From positions 1 through 64,000 of the IMG/VR virus record IMGVR_UViG_3300044556_000077: a stretch of DNA of 64,000 nt. One strand, 5' to 3'. The notes beneath the pieces are model-generated. The model worked only from the letters and a program-made list of their open reading frames with translations, had not been told where the DNA came from and ran no database searches. The position numbers and the translations under genes are program-made. This document shows positions 1 through 10,985 of the stretch, piece by piece. How positions within the stretch are numbered: the stretch's first letter is position 1; each line of letters opens with the position of its first letter. Origin of the DNA: a virus. Lineage: Duplodnaviria > Caudoviricetes.

Positions 1-460
1 CATTATCAAGACTAGCCGACTTAAGCATAAAACTATACTTAGTTTTGTCATCCCTGCGCTCTTCTGCTTCAGAACGTTCGCGTTCTGAAGTTGCGAGTGC
101 GTCAATTTTTTCCGCCCTATCACCCTGCAGTGATTCAAGGTTCAAGGTATAAATAACGCTGGAAACATTGTGTCTAATCTCATTCATTGCATTATGAGAA
201 AAATATTTTTTCTCATAACAAAATGCTGGTAATACAACTTCCTTAGATGCAATTAATTCCCCCTGCTTAGTTGCCTTAGTAAGTACAATAGGATAATTTT
301 TTACAGTAGCGCCAATCTTGACAACTTCAGAGATTTTTTTAAGCTCTGAGTTAATCCGTAACACTCTATCTTTATTGCTTCTGCAATCGGAAATATTAAT
401 ATTATTCTGATTAGCAAGTTCGATTAATTCAGCTTTTTTCATTTTCATCGTAGCTTTCAT
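1..460 (-). CDS. Leftward early gene, truncated by the window edge; N-terminus resembles a Rho-N/HeH-type helical motif
   Basis: Hand translation from ATG at 460 (RBS AAGGAG upstream) is open to position 1: MKATMKMKKAELIELANQNNINISDCRSNKDRVLRINSEL...; absent from the ORF track because no stop lies in the window. Confidence 0.75.
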   Translation of the reverse strand, partial: MKATMKMKKAELIELANQNNINISDCRSNKDRVLRINSELKKISEVVKIGATVKNYPIVLTKATKQGELIASKEVVLPAFCYEKKYFSHNAMNEIRHNVSSVIYTLNLESLQGDRAEKIDALATSERERSEAEERRDDKTKYSFMLKSASLDN

Positions 461-876
461 TTTTTGTACTCCTTTACTTCCTGATTGAGTGAAATATATA
501 TATCAAGTTACAGTCATACACTTACATGTATCTGTAACTGATTAACCGCTCATATTATTTTAGACTCGCTCACAAGCTACGAATTTTCCGGCCTTAACCG
601 GTTAACCCTGATGCAATACTTTCAATTCCTGAATCATACCTTAATATGATTCAGTATGTGAATTGATTTTTCACATGCTTGTATAGTTTGTCTCACACTC
701 TCAGACTGGAAACGCATGTCTTATACCATTGGCTTGACGGACTTTTGTTTTCACTGTTTTGTGTGTTCTTGTTTCAGATAATGGACTGATGGTATTTTGC
801 CGGGCGTTGGAATGTTCTCGATTTACTTGTCAAGTGATATCTGACTTTCAATTACCATTTCCTTTATCTTGACTAC

Positions 877-905
877 AGTCTATCACAATATGAGACTATT
901 GTCAA
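877..905 (-). promoter_or_regulatory. Sigma-A-type promoter, leftward
   Basis: Minus strand TTGACA-17 nt-TAGACT with a TG extension. Confidence 0.7.
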
Positions 906-1149
906 CACTTTATTCGAAAAAATATTAGACTTATTTTTACTGATTTTCTCAGAACTTTTATCACTTTCAGAATATTTTATACACTAATAAATTATAGTTT
1001 TCAGTGATTAATTCAATATTTTGTAACATATGTCACAAAAACTCACGGTTTCAATTTTAGTTACATATGTAACAAACCGGGGTACTTAAAACGCTAAAAC
1101 GTTGAAATTTCAACGCTCCAAGTGGTAGCTAGTCTCTTCACTAACTAAC

Positions 1150-2250
1150 TCAGAAATCTCCGTAGAGAAGAAATACCCATTCAAAGCCTCACTCCACTCA
1201 CCCCACAAGTTCATCTCACCCGCAGCAAGCTACTACCCCATACTCCCCACCCACGCTCATCACGCACTCTCACAAGCCACAAATTAAACACTTAATACAC
1301 TTACAAACTATATTAGCCATCTATCCACCAAGCCACACACCACGCGCCCACGCATTCAACCAAAAGCAACCACACATCCGCTTTGCTCCATATCCATCAG
1401 GCTGCGCCACTAGCAACCTCACTTCTCGGCTCGCATCTCCCCCTGTCTGGCAGCTATTTTCTCAGCTCACACTGCTCCCCCTTCTTAGCTCTCAACCCAC
1501 TCACCCCAAACCTACCTACCCAATTCCCGTACCCCAATACTTAGTCAAAATCAAATAAAACACGCCCAAATACGCTACGAAACCCATTTCCCAACCAATC
1601 ACCCACAACACACTTATCTCCTCTCTCAGCCTCTTAGAAACGAAATAAACAACATCAACACTACACAAACGGCAAAACTCCAACAATATGCTACACAACA
1701 CACTCACACTCCCCAATAGGGGCGGGGTACTTCCACTCTCCCCAGACAAAGCCACCTTACCCATATATAACCCTACCTCTCAAAAGAGCTACATTATATA
1801 AGCACTCCACACATCATTCTATATTAGACTACCTTCTAAAGATCCCCGGCGAGGGCACTTGCGCTTCAATAATTCGATCTGGTTTAACACACACATTTAA
1901 AAGCAATCACATCCAATAGTAATCTCATTCAGCAGCTACTCAATATCGAACAACCAACTATCCAATCACCACCCATAGCCAAGGCAAACACACTCCCCTG
2001 TCAGGATACCACGCCCCACTCACAAGTTTTCTATTTCATCTCTCTCACACCACCATAACCATCCCAATTCTATACCCCAATATTCCATGTAAATCCATCT
2101 CACAGACGCTCTAACGAACGAAAACCCATTTCTCGACCAATTACCCATCCACACATTTCGATCGCTTACAGCCTTTCAGAACGTCAAATTATCAACTACA
2201 GGCATCACAATTCACATCTCAAAATTCATTTAACCATTGAAAAATGCACG
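1150..2250. other. Non-coding C/A-rich, G-poor region containing a degenerate ~130-bp direct repeat
   Basis: Visible strand skew; no credible ORF; 1519-1645 resembles 2063-2190. Confidence 0.7.
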
Positions 2251-2551
2251 TTTCTGGCAATCAAACATTCATCGCTAAAGCTCTGCAAAGATAGCAAAAA
2301 ATTGCCTATTTAATTATTGTACTAGGTATAAAAAACATACTTTTAGGATACTTCCAGTAGAAAATTATGATCAGAAAACGCCTTAAATCCCCCACTAAAA
2401 ACGCATTTTTCTTACTTGAAATATTAATATACTATAAAAATAATGAATAAAAACGCATCAAAAACGGCTAAAAATAAAGAAAAACGCCTTGTTTTTTGCC
2501 GTCCATAAGCTATTTTATTCACAAAATGACATATTTTTTTACCTCATGGTA

Positions 2552-2580
2552 TTGACAGACTTTATAATAGATTATATACT
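2552..2580 (+). promoter_or_regulatory. Sigma-A-type promoter, rightward
   Basis: TTGACA-17 nt-TATACT. Confidence 0.75.
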
Positions 2581-2723
2581 GGACATGTACTCAAAGAGAG
2601 GGATCTTCCCTACTCTGTTTACCAATTATCCAAAATAAGCCCAATATAGAAAGCGAGGTGATAAATACGAGTCCAACAAACACTTAACACCAAAGCGCAA
2701 GACATACAAGGAAAGGAAACAAC

Positions 2724-3110
2724 ATGAATATAATGAACACAGTGGCTGCAGTGCTTCAGACTCTTGGAGGAATAGCAGCATTGATTACATGTGGCATTGC
2801 AATTTATATGCTTTACAAGTTCCTGACAGATTATTCCACTCTCAGGGTAATGGCACTGAATATGTACAATGCACTCTCCCCCATCTTCAAAGGTCATCTG
2901 ATGGATTTTCAGGATGAGGAGTTCAATGAAGCCTACAAAGAAGAAGTTGCAAATGTAACTGACAGCGATGAAGACGATCAGGAGGATGAATCTGATGAAG
3001 ATTCCGATGAGGACGATGACTTCTCTGAAGAGAACACAATAGAAGAGAACCTGACTGACAGGATCACAGCAGCAAAGAAGCTGTTTGATCTCAACGTAAA
3101 CAGAAAGTAG
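2724..3110 (+). CDS. Hypothetical membrane-anchored acidic protein
   Basis: RBS AAGGA; hydrophobic N-terminal segment; D/E-rich tract. Confidence 0.75.
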   Translation: MNIMNTVAAVLQTLGGIAALITCGIAIYMLYKFLTDYSTLRVMALNMYNALSPIFKGHLMDFQDEEFNEAYKEEVANVTDSDEDDQEDESDEDSDEDDDFSEENTIEENLTDRITAAKKLFDLNVNRK

Positions 3111-3167
3111 TCCGATAATACAGTAGCCACAAACAAACATATACCAGAAGAACCAGAAAGGAAACAT

Positions 3168-4007
3168 ATGAAACTTACAAATCCAAACGAAGCGAACACA
3201 AAGAATAGCACAAAGCATGCTGCAAAGGTATGTGGACTCGCAGTAGCAGGAATGTTAGCTGTAAATGGTGCATTCTGTGTTCCGATGGCAAGTGCTTTAA
3301 CATCTAACGAGACAAGCATTAAGAACTCTGCTTCTAATGTTGCTTTTGTGAACAACCTGAAGAACATTTCAGGTAAGGATGCAAATCTGAAATACTCTCA
3401 TGGAGCATTTGTAAATGACATCAAAGCAGAGCAGACAAAGCAAATTCATCTGAAGAATGAAAGAGTAAAAGAGTACAATAGAAATATGGCAATCAGACAG
3501 GAACAGATCAGAAAAAAGAAAGAACAGGAGAAGATGAAGAAACTTTCATCTCAGAATACCCAGATCCATTCTCTCACTCCTATCTGGCTTAAACCTACCA
3601 ATGGATCATCGGCAAAGCCGTATGAGTCCTACAGAGCTATCACAGATCCATCCTCCAAGCAGTATCGTTTTCAGATGCAGCCGAATGTCAGAGAAGACTC
3701 AAGAGGATTCCTTATGGAAGATGGAACTTGGTACTGCGTAGCTATGGGAACTTACTTTGGAGATATTGGTGCAAAGTACATTATTACCCTCTCTTCAGGA
3801 AGAACAATTAATGTAGTCAAAGGAGATAACAAAGCAGATTGTGATACTGATGCAGACAATTATCTTGCACAGGATGGACATATTATTGAATTCATGATCA
3901 ACCCAAATGCATATTACATGATTGCAAATGGAGTCATCTCAAGAGGTAATCTTAATATTCTCCCTGAATTGAATGGATCTATTACTTCCATTCAGAGAGT
4001 TAACTAG
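3168..4007 (+). CDS. Secreted/membrane protein with coiled coil and C-terminal 3D/DPBB-like (cell-wall-related) domain
   Basis: Signal-like N-terminus; C-terminal YCVAMGTYFGDIGAKYIITLSSG...KGDNKAD motif. Confidence 0.55.
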   Translation: MKLTNPNEANTKNSTKHAAKVCGLAVAGMLAVNGAFCVPMASALTSNETSIKNSASNVAFVNNLKNISGKDANLKYSHGAFVNDIKAEQTKQIHLKNERVKEYNRNMAIRQEQIRKKKEQEKMKKLSSQNTQIHSLTPIWLKPTNGSSAKPYESYRAITDPSSKQYRFQMQPNVREDSRGFLMEDGTWYCVAMGTYFGDIGAKYIITLSSGRTINVVKGDNKADCDTDADNYLAQDGHIIEFMINPNAYYMIANGVISRGNLNILPELNGSITSIQRVN

Positions 4008-4345
4008 TCATACACTAGCATTTTAATTTACTCTCTCTCGGATAACTGTCCGTAGGACGAAAGTGAAATGGATGAGAATGAGAAATATGAGACTGATAAA
4101 TACGTGAGCATGCAAATGCTCTTGTATTTACTCTCTCATATGATCAATTTAGAAAGCATGAAAATATTTTCACTCACGTATGTTACAAGCTAATTTTTTT
4201 AAAACTAGACGAAAATAATGCTTGACATAGCGTAAGCACTAGAATTCCAATTGGTTTACCTACGTACTCTCCAGACTCGGAGCAAAACGAAGTTTTGCGG
4301 AGAGTTAGACCTCATACTCTATAAAATTCATTAATATATTATACG

Positions 4346-4447
4346 GCAACTTTATGACATATAATTGTATCATAAAGTTGCTCGATAGTTAAAAACAAAG
4401 AACACAAATGTGTGCATAAAGTAGCTGATTCAAAAAAGCAACTTTTA
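4346..4447. repeat. Iteron-like GCAACTTTATG repeats upstream of the putative Rep gene
   Basis: Copies at 4346-4356 (+), 4371-4381 (-), 4415-4425 (-, variant), 4438-4447 (+, variant). Confidence 0.55.
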
Positions 4448-4501
4448 AATGTGTAAATTTCAACGATTAAAAGGATTTGTGATAATTATTATCACAAAAT
4501 A

Positions 4502-5518
4502 TTGTACAGAAAGAAATACAAAATTATGATGAAGCATGAACCTACTGAAATTTCAACGAAAGCAGCCGATACTGAGACAAAGAAAAACATTTTCACAAAA
4601 TATGACAGACAAAATTGTTTGAGAAAAGGCAATGTGGTTATTCACGAGCGTTTTATTGAAGATCCGTATTTTGAAGACCCATATACATTCTTTGTCGGAG
4701 TTTATTTGGAGAACAAAACAGCAAAGCCATGTACATTTTTATCTGTGAATGATCTTGCTTTCCTGCTTTATAATGCTAGTCCGAACCAGAGACAGAAGAA
4801 AAATGTTAGAGATGCAGTTACAAAGATGATTAATGACAACATGATTATTTGCGAAAGAAATTATGGAAATGGAAACTATCTTGTAAATATGATTAATTGG
4901 CGCGCAAAGAAATGGGAAGGCTATGAGAAAAAAGACGATCATGTAGTGGTAGAAGCTAATCCTTGGGATGACTGGGGAGAACAGATGGAAGATGATAATA
5001 ATGAGAGCAATGAAAAAAAGCCGGGTAATGGAAAGTTCACAATTATTGACGGTGAATATCCGGGATACTATGAAGCAATTCCAATGGATCTGTTTATTGA
5101 ATGTATGGAGAGTAACTCAAGAATTACAGCAAAAGCTACTAGATTGAAGTTTTTAACATTTATGGAAAAAATCACTCACCGTTGGTCGAGACAGAATGAA
5201 GATTACCAGAAGTATTTTGGAAAAGTAGCTGTATTTTCTCAGAATGAAGCTTCAGAAACTCTTGGCGTTAGCGAGACATCAATTAAGAATTATATTAGTT
5301 GGCTTGAAGAGAACAAGATTATTATTGTTGCAAGAGCTACAGTAACATATAATAAGAGAAAATATGACGATGATAAGCCATCGATTGAGAGAGCTTCAAA
5401 TGTTTATGCTTGGCATAGAAACATTGACTTTGTGAATGACTACATTCATCAGCCGAGACTCAAAGGTCAGAATTATGTCCTCTCCGGTCAGGGTAAAATC
5501 AAACTGACAGCTAAATAG
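4502..5518 (+). CDS. Winged-helix DNA-binding protein, putative replication initiator (true start perhaps ATG 4526)
   Basis: HTH-like FSQNEASETLGVSETSIKNYISWLEENKII...SNVY; preceded by repeats. Confidence 0.5.
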   Translation: MYRKKYKIMMKHEPTEISTKAADTETKKNIFTKYDRQNCLRKGNVVIHERFIEDPYFEDPYTFFVGVYLENKTAKPCTFLSVNDLAFLLYNASPNQRQKKNVRDAVTKMINDNMIICERNYGNGNYLVNMINWRAKKWEGYEKKDDHVVVEANPWDDWGEQMEDDNNESNEKKPGNGKFTIIDGEYPGYYEAIPMDLFIECMESNSRITAKATRLKFLTFMEKITHRWSRQNEDYQKYFGKVAVFSQNEASETLGVSETSIKNYISWLEENKIIIVARATVTYNKRKYDDDKPSIERASNVYAWHRNIDFVNDYIHQPRLKGQNYVLSGQGKIKLTAK

Positions 5519-5543
5519 AACCATTTAATATGTCCAATATACA

Positions 5544-5571
5544 TTGACATTTTTAGTGTTATGAGTATAAT
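5544..5571 (+). promoter_or_regulatory. Sigma-A-type promoter
   Basis: TTGACA-16 nt-TATAAT upstream of 5629. Confidence 0.65.
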
Positions 5572-5628
5572 AAACATAGATGATAATAACAGGAAAATAC
5601 TTATGATTATATTAGGAAGGAAGTTTGA

Positions 5629-6258
5629 ATGGATGAAACATTCTCTGTTGATGAATTCGTAAATAACGAAGCATATCAGGAGGATATGATTAATAATATG
5701 AAGCTTCTGCGTGAGTTGCTTGATCTGCCACACATAAAGGGGTGTAAATTTGCAACTGCTGAGTTGATTGCATCATATTATGATGTGTCTCTGAATCAGG
5801 TTAAGATGCTCCGCAGAAAGCATAAAGAAGCATTTGATATTACTGGTGTGAGATACATGTCTGCAAAGAAGATACTTTCCTTTTTTGCTAAATCAAATGA
5901 TTATGATCAATATCGTGATCTGGATTTGACCCAATACTATATACGCCCTCTTCTGATTGAGAATACCAAGAATGGAGTTATACTTGACAGAACGGCGTTA
6001 AATAGTACAAGAAATACTGTGTATAGTTACAAGTCAGTAATTCTAATGGGTGCATTAATTCACGGGTCTGAAATTGCAATCAACATGAAGTGTATTCTTC
6101 CGAATGCCAAGGAGATCTATGAGACTGATAAACAGATTAAGACTCTCTCTGCTGAGATTGCTATTTACGGAGATGATGAAGAGAAAGCAGAAAGGATACA
6201 GGAGCTTAGACATGGACTGTATGAAGAATACGGTTTGTACATTGATGATTTTAGATGA
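5629..6258 (+). CDS. Phage DNA-binding/antirepressor-like protein, divergent paralog of the next gene
   Basis: FATAELIASYYDVS and VILMGALIHGSEIA match FATINQVADYYEVD and AILLVGMLLRDSKVA of 6311-7285. Confidence 0.55.
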   Translation: MDETFSVDEFVNNEAYQEDMINNMKLLRELLDLPHIKGCKFATAELIASYYDVSLNQVKMLRRKHKEAFDITGVRYMSAKKILSFFAKSNDYDQYRDLDLTQYYIRPLLIENTKNGVILDRTALNSTRNTVYSYKSVILMGALIHGSEIAINMKCILPNAKEIYETDKQIKTLSAEIAIYGDDEEKAERIQELRHGLYEEYGLYIDDFR

Positions 6259-6310
6259 TCAATAAACACACTATAACATAAAACGAATAATTGTTTTAGG
6301 AGGTTTTATT

Positions 6311-7285
6311 ATGACAACAACAGAAGATTTCATTACAAGCAGAGAGTTTAGAGATGAGAGACTTGATCGTATTAATGTGCTTGAAAAGGTTAAATCCATT
6401 CTCCTTCTGCCGGGAACTGAGTTTGCAACTATTAATCAGGTAGCTGACTATTATGAGGTGGACAGAGGAGCAATTAAGATGCTAATTATGAGAAACAGAG
6501 ATGAATTTGATCTTAATGGACTCGCTACAATTAAAGGTAATGATATTGTTAAGAAAATTGAAGATAAGGTGGGATGGGACACGTTGTCCAATCCCAATAA
6601 CAATTGTAATTCCAATAAAGTGATAGATGGTAACATTATGTTACCAAGTAAAAATACTACTAAAAATGATAGTAATTTAATTGATTTTGAAAAAGTAAAA
6701 GGTGGAATTGAAGTAAATGGAGTTAGAGTAAATTATACAAAAAACTTCCTCTTTAATCGCAGAGCAATTCTTCTTGTAGGAATGCTTCTCAGAGACTCAA
6801 AGGTAGCAAAAGAAGTTAGAAATCAGCTTCTGAATATTGAGGAGAAAACTTCTGTAGAGACTAAGACGGAAGACATTAATAAAGAGTTTGAGTTTTTTCA
6901 GAAGTTTAATGAAGCTTTAGCAAAAGCAGATATTGAAGGGGCTATCAGAAGTCAGGTTGAACATACATACTTCATGAAACGTCATATCGCAAAGTTAGAA
7001 GAAGAGAATAAAGTCCTCGCAGGAGAGATTCTGAAGTGGGATGACAGAAGTAAACTCAACTTCATTGTTCGCAAGCTTGCAATTGCTACAGATACTATTT
7101 TCGGCAAAGTCTGGACTGATCTTTATAAGAATCTGAAGTACAAGTACCATATTGATCTGACAGCTCGTGGTAAGAAACCATATATCCAGTATATCAAAGA
7201 AGATGAATGGACATATGTTAATCAGACTTTGGCTGCTATGTGTAAGATTTACGATGTAGATCCTGAAACAACATTTGCAGCCTAA
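6311..7285 (+). CDS. Phage antirepressor-like DNA-binding protein
   Basis: RBS AGGAGG; RRAILLVGMLLRDSKVAKEVR motif typical of phage regulatory proteins; C-terminal ORF6C-like segment. Confidence 0.6.
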   Translation: MTTTEDFITSREFRDERLDRINVLEKVKSILLLPGTEFATINQVADYYEVDRGAIKMLIMRNRDEFDLNGLATIKGNDIVKKIEDKVGWDTLSNPNNNCNSNKVIDGNIMLPSKNTTKNDSNLIDFEKVKGGIEVNGVRVNYTKNFLFNRRAILLVGMLLRDSKVAKEVRNQLLNIEEKTSVETKTEDINKEFEFFQKFNEALAKADIEGAIRSQVEHTYFMKRHIAKLEEENKVLAGEILKWDDRSKLNFIVRKLAIATDTIFGKVWTDLYKNLKYKYHIDLTARGKKPYIQYIKEDEWTYVNQTLAAMCKIYDVDPETTFAA

Positions 7286-7368
7286 CATGACCAAAACACA
7301 CAATTATATAATATACACATGGGCGTAACATTAGCTGCGCCCTTCTCTATTCTTAAGAAGGAGGTAGC

Positions 7369-10237
7369 ATGGCGGGAATCAAAGTTCCACAGTATGAAAT
7401 TTTTAAGATCGGAACTACTCAGTTGAAGTATAACAACTGGGACGTGACCATTTCAAAAAAAGAGGCACACAAGTTTGATCAGATGATAGCACTTTTTGAA
7501 GGAACTGAGTTCAGACTTATCTCTAAGATCCTGAACAAGCCAACTAATGAAATCGACTTCTCGGATTACATTGTATCGGTAATCATTGACAAGAAGTCAC
7601 ATTATGGAAGAGCCTGCAGTAAGAAAGGTTTCTTCCTTAATGGAAAGCACTTTAGGAGATTTGTAGGTACTACAGGCGGTTTGAAGAATAATACTCTCCT
7701 ATTTGTAAACACGGATGTGCTTGATGAGTTGAATCGCAGATGTGAGTGTAACAGAGATAAATCTGTTCCTCTCATTCCTGCAAAGTACGAAGCATATAAA
7801 GCACTCACCTGTTCAGCCAGTCAGCCTATCTGTGAACCTAACGGAATTCTGGTTGTGAGTGATACAATCACTCAGTTCAAAGATACAGTTCTCAGATTGG
7901 ACAATACAGATGATGATGCAGAGCAGCCAAGTCTTACTTTGATGGAAGATGCGGAGCTTGAGAATAACGCTACTGACGGATTTAATCTTTGCACATATGA
8001 CTATATGAAGCGTGTGTCTGAGTCTCTTGGGCTTGACTATGTGACTTCTGGTGTGTGTCTGAGAAACGCATGGCTAAAAGGAATGATGTACCCCTTTCCT
8101 ATTGTTGAGTTTGCTGAGAAATTCAATGATGGGAATTATATGGTTGAAGATATCTGGGGGTATGAGCATGATCTCAGAGACATTGATCTGATTCTTACAG
8201 AGTCAAGTTTGAAGCTCTGGAAAGCTTACAGCTGCATTGATGAATATGTGAAGTCATACAGAGAGTGCGGTTATGGGTTCTCTGTAACGAAGATCTCACC
8301 TAAGATCTTGGATGACACTAGAGAGCTGAATTACCAGTATCTGCAGAGCTATGAATTTACAGATGAGGATATTGAAGAGCTGTGCGCCCCTACTGTTAAG
8401 TATTTGAAGGATTCGTTCTGTGGAGATTATGAGAGTACAGTTAAGTTTCTCGGAATCAATGGAAACACAGAGCGCAATACATGGCAGAGAGCATTATATA
8501 TATCACCTTATATGATGGGAGATCATCAGGTAATTGATTCTGTGCATCGGATGATTAAGAAGAAGATCAGTGAAGCCAAGATCGGTAGATTGCTTGTGCA
8601 TGGTAATTACCAGATTGCCAGTGGTGATCCATTCATTATGATGCAACATATTTGCGGATTGGAGGAAACGGGGCTGCTTAAGGCACATGAGTGCTACAGC
8701 AGTTACTGGGCTGAAGAAGACGTTGATGATATCGTTGTGTTTAGAAGTCCTATGACAATTCATAATAACATCAGAAGATGTAAAGTCAGATATGATGAAG
8801 ACATGCAATACTGGTACAGATATATGAACGGAATCATGATTATGAATTCATGGGATACGTTCTGTATGGCTGAGAACGGTTGTGATTAACTTTTAATAGT
8901 CACCTCGCACAGTGATGTGCGTGTAAAATGCTTGCGAACCTACAAATGTAGGGTGTGTAGCTTACGTATAGGAGCAATAGTAACTGATTGCTAGAAGCTA
9001 TGCCAACTGGGGAGTCTAAGGGCGAATACCTATGATAATCCAGTGCCAGCCACCTATGTGGACGGTCAAACGACTAACTTGCCTAATATTATTAGGCAGA
9101 GAGGAATGTGGTGAAACTCCGTATTCCGTAGTGCAAGACTCTTGCGGATGCAAGATGAAAATATAGTCTACTCCCCTGTCAAATATCGAGAAATCGAGGG
9201 TGTAAAGGTACGACTCAGACATACTTTTTTCAACTAATAATCCAGTGCTTGTAAGAAGACACAGAGAACTTCCCGCTGTTGATTGTGTACAGAGAGCGGT
9301 TGACAAGGAGATCGTAACAGAAAAACGTGTTCAGAAGTCTAATCTGAATGGAATGGGTTCTAAGGTTGGAACGATTACAAACAGAGGAACTTCAATGATG
9401 GAAGTTCAATCAAGATTCCCAAAAGGGTCTAAAGAATGGAATGACCTGCAGTATCGAATCGATTGTGTGCAGACTTACCAGCAAGATGAAATCGACCACA
9501 TTAAGGGAATTAAAACAAAGCCAATGCCAGCCAACTGGTTTAACATTTCAGCTTGTGAGGGAGATGAATATAAGAAGAGTATTTGTGCAGATAAACGTCC
9601 GTACTTCATGAAGTACGCCAGACCAGACTATAGCGCAAAGTACAATACATTCATTAAGAATGAGCAGATGCGTTGTAACATCAAATTTCACATGTCGGTA
9701 AAAGAATTGTTGGACAGATACTTTAATGGTGAGATTATCGGAGAGACAGAAGAAGAAAAGAATCAGCTTGAATTTGCCAGATGGTTCATTGCCAAGTCTC
9801 CTCTTGGAACAGGAGCTTGTTCGATGAACAAAGTTTGTTGGCATATTGAGGAGAAGTTAGATCCTTACAAGATTGAGCTGCATGCTACTTCAGGATTTGA
9901 CTATACAAAATTGAAAGTAAAAAGACGTTGCACAAACGAGCATAGAGAGCAGCTTAAGGATGCATACAATTATTATATGGAGCGCATGAAAGTCATTGCC
10001 AAAGATTCATCTACCGGGAAGATCGACATGAGTGAATATGTCAGAGAGCATGATTTCATGGTAAGAAATGTAAGAGAGAGAATCGAAGGACTGTGCCCTA
10101 GCGAAGAAGAAAGATTGAACATTATTCTGGATATGCGCTATAAAGACAATTGCAATCAGAGTTTTATGTGGAGCATGGTTGGATCGCTGATTTGTGACAG
10201 ACTCGCAGAGTTAGAAAGAGAGGGAGAGCTTGCGTAA
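7369..10237 (+). CDS. YonO-like single-subunit RNA polymerase (RdRP-like double-barrel family), spliced: join(7369..8886,9209..10237), 848 aa
   Basis: Motifs DGFNL, LRNAWLKGM, RSP; splicing restores catalytic NGCD|YDSD (DxDxD); position upstream of HU and head genes as in SPbeta. Confidence 0.85.
8887..9208 (+). ncRNA. Group I intron (322 nt, no ORF) in the RNAP gene
   Basis: Exon GTGAT pairs with intron GTCAC (U.G at the splice site); core AAACGACTAA and AAATATAGTC; terminal G; frame restored. Confidence 0.9.
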
Positions 10238-10985
10238 GACACTTTTCATTATGAATGAGGAAGAATTTATCAAGAATGTTATTGAAGAGAAAAAGAAGCC
10301 AGAGCAGCTTGGGATGAAAAGACTTGTTTCTCTTCTGTGCAGATATTATTATAAGTTGGGAATCAAACCAAAAGAACTGTCATACACAGTTGAGAATCAG
10401 CTTAAAGAGATTATGAGTGAAGATGAGAACTTCCGTCCATTTGAATATGTAGATTTAATCAAGTCTACTGCTTCTAAGGTTATTCATGGGAAAGTGCCTA
10501 AAGAGCTTAAAGTGCGTGAAGGTATTAAGATGTACAAAAAAGATTATGAGCTGATTGATACATTAGATACTCGTCAGGAGAAAAGATTAATGTTTACTGC
10601 AATTGCCCTCTCTCGCTTTTTCGATAATAATGGTTGGATTTATCTTGACATCAATGAATTGTTCTCTCTGGCTAATATCAAGACAAAGAGATGTAACAGA
10701 GAGCTGCTTCTCGGTGCGCTGACAGAGAAAGGATTGCTTGATATAAATATGAAAGCGGACTCTGCTGTGAATGTGCGTGTGGTTAATTACATGAAGGAAA
10801 ATGGTAGCGATAAAGATGTTCAATATACGATCACAGAGTTCAATCAAATTGGCAATCAGGGAATTGTAAGCGCAGCCCCTACTAAGTATATGATCTGTTC
10901 AAAGTGCGGAAAGCTTGTTAAAAAGCAGAGTAATTCAATGAAATACTGTAAGCATTGTGCTAAAGAAATGAAGAACATTAATTAA
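10230..10985 (+). CDS. Hypothetical protein with C-terminal zinc ribbon (possible transcription factor)
   Basis: CSKCG...YCKHC; overlaps the RNAP stop. Confidence 0.7.
   Translation: MRKTLFIMNEEEFIKNVIEEKKKPEQLGMKRLVSLLCRYYYKLGIKPKELSYTVENQLKEIMSEDENFRPFEYVDLIKSTASKVIHGKVPKELKVREGIKMYKKDYELIDTLDTRQEKRLMFTAIALSRFFDNNGWIYLDINELFSLANIKTKRCNRELLLGALTEKGLLDINMKADSAVNVRVVNYMKENGSDKDVQYTITEFNQIGNQGIVSAAPTKYMICSKCGKLVKKQSNSMKYCKHCAKEMKNIN

Noticed and set aside
1516-1764. 82-aa minus-strand ORF
   Set aside because: Likely a by-product of the skewed composition; no recognisable features
4040-4075. Hammerhead-like GTCCGTAGGACGAAA
   Set aside because: Resembles stem II plus GAAA, but the required upstream CTGATGA core is absent
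7369-10237. Pseudogene or frameshift interpretation of split RNAP, nrdD, terL, capsid and tape measure
   Set aside because: Each gap has group I core motifs and a terminal G, and removal restores conserved protein motifs in frame
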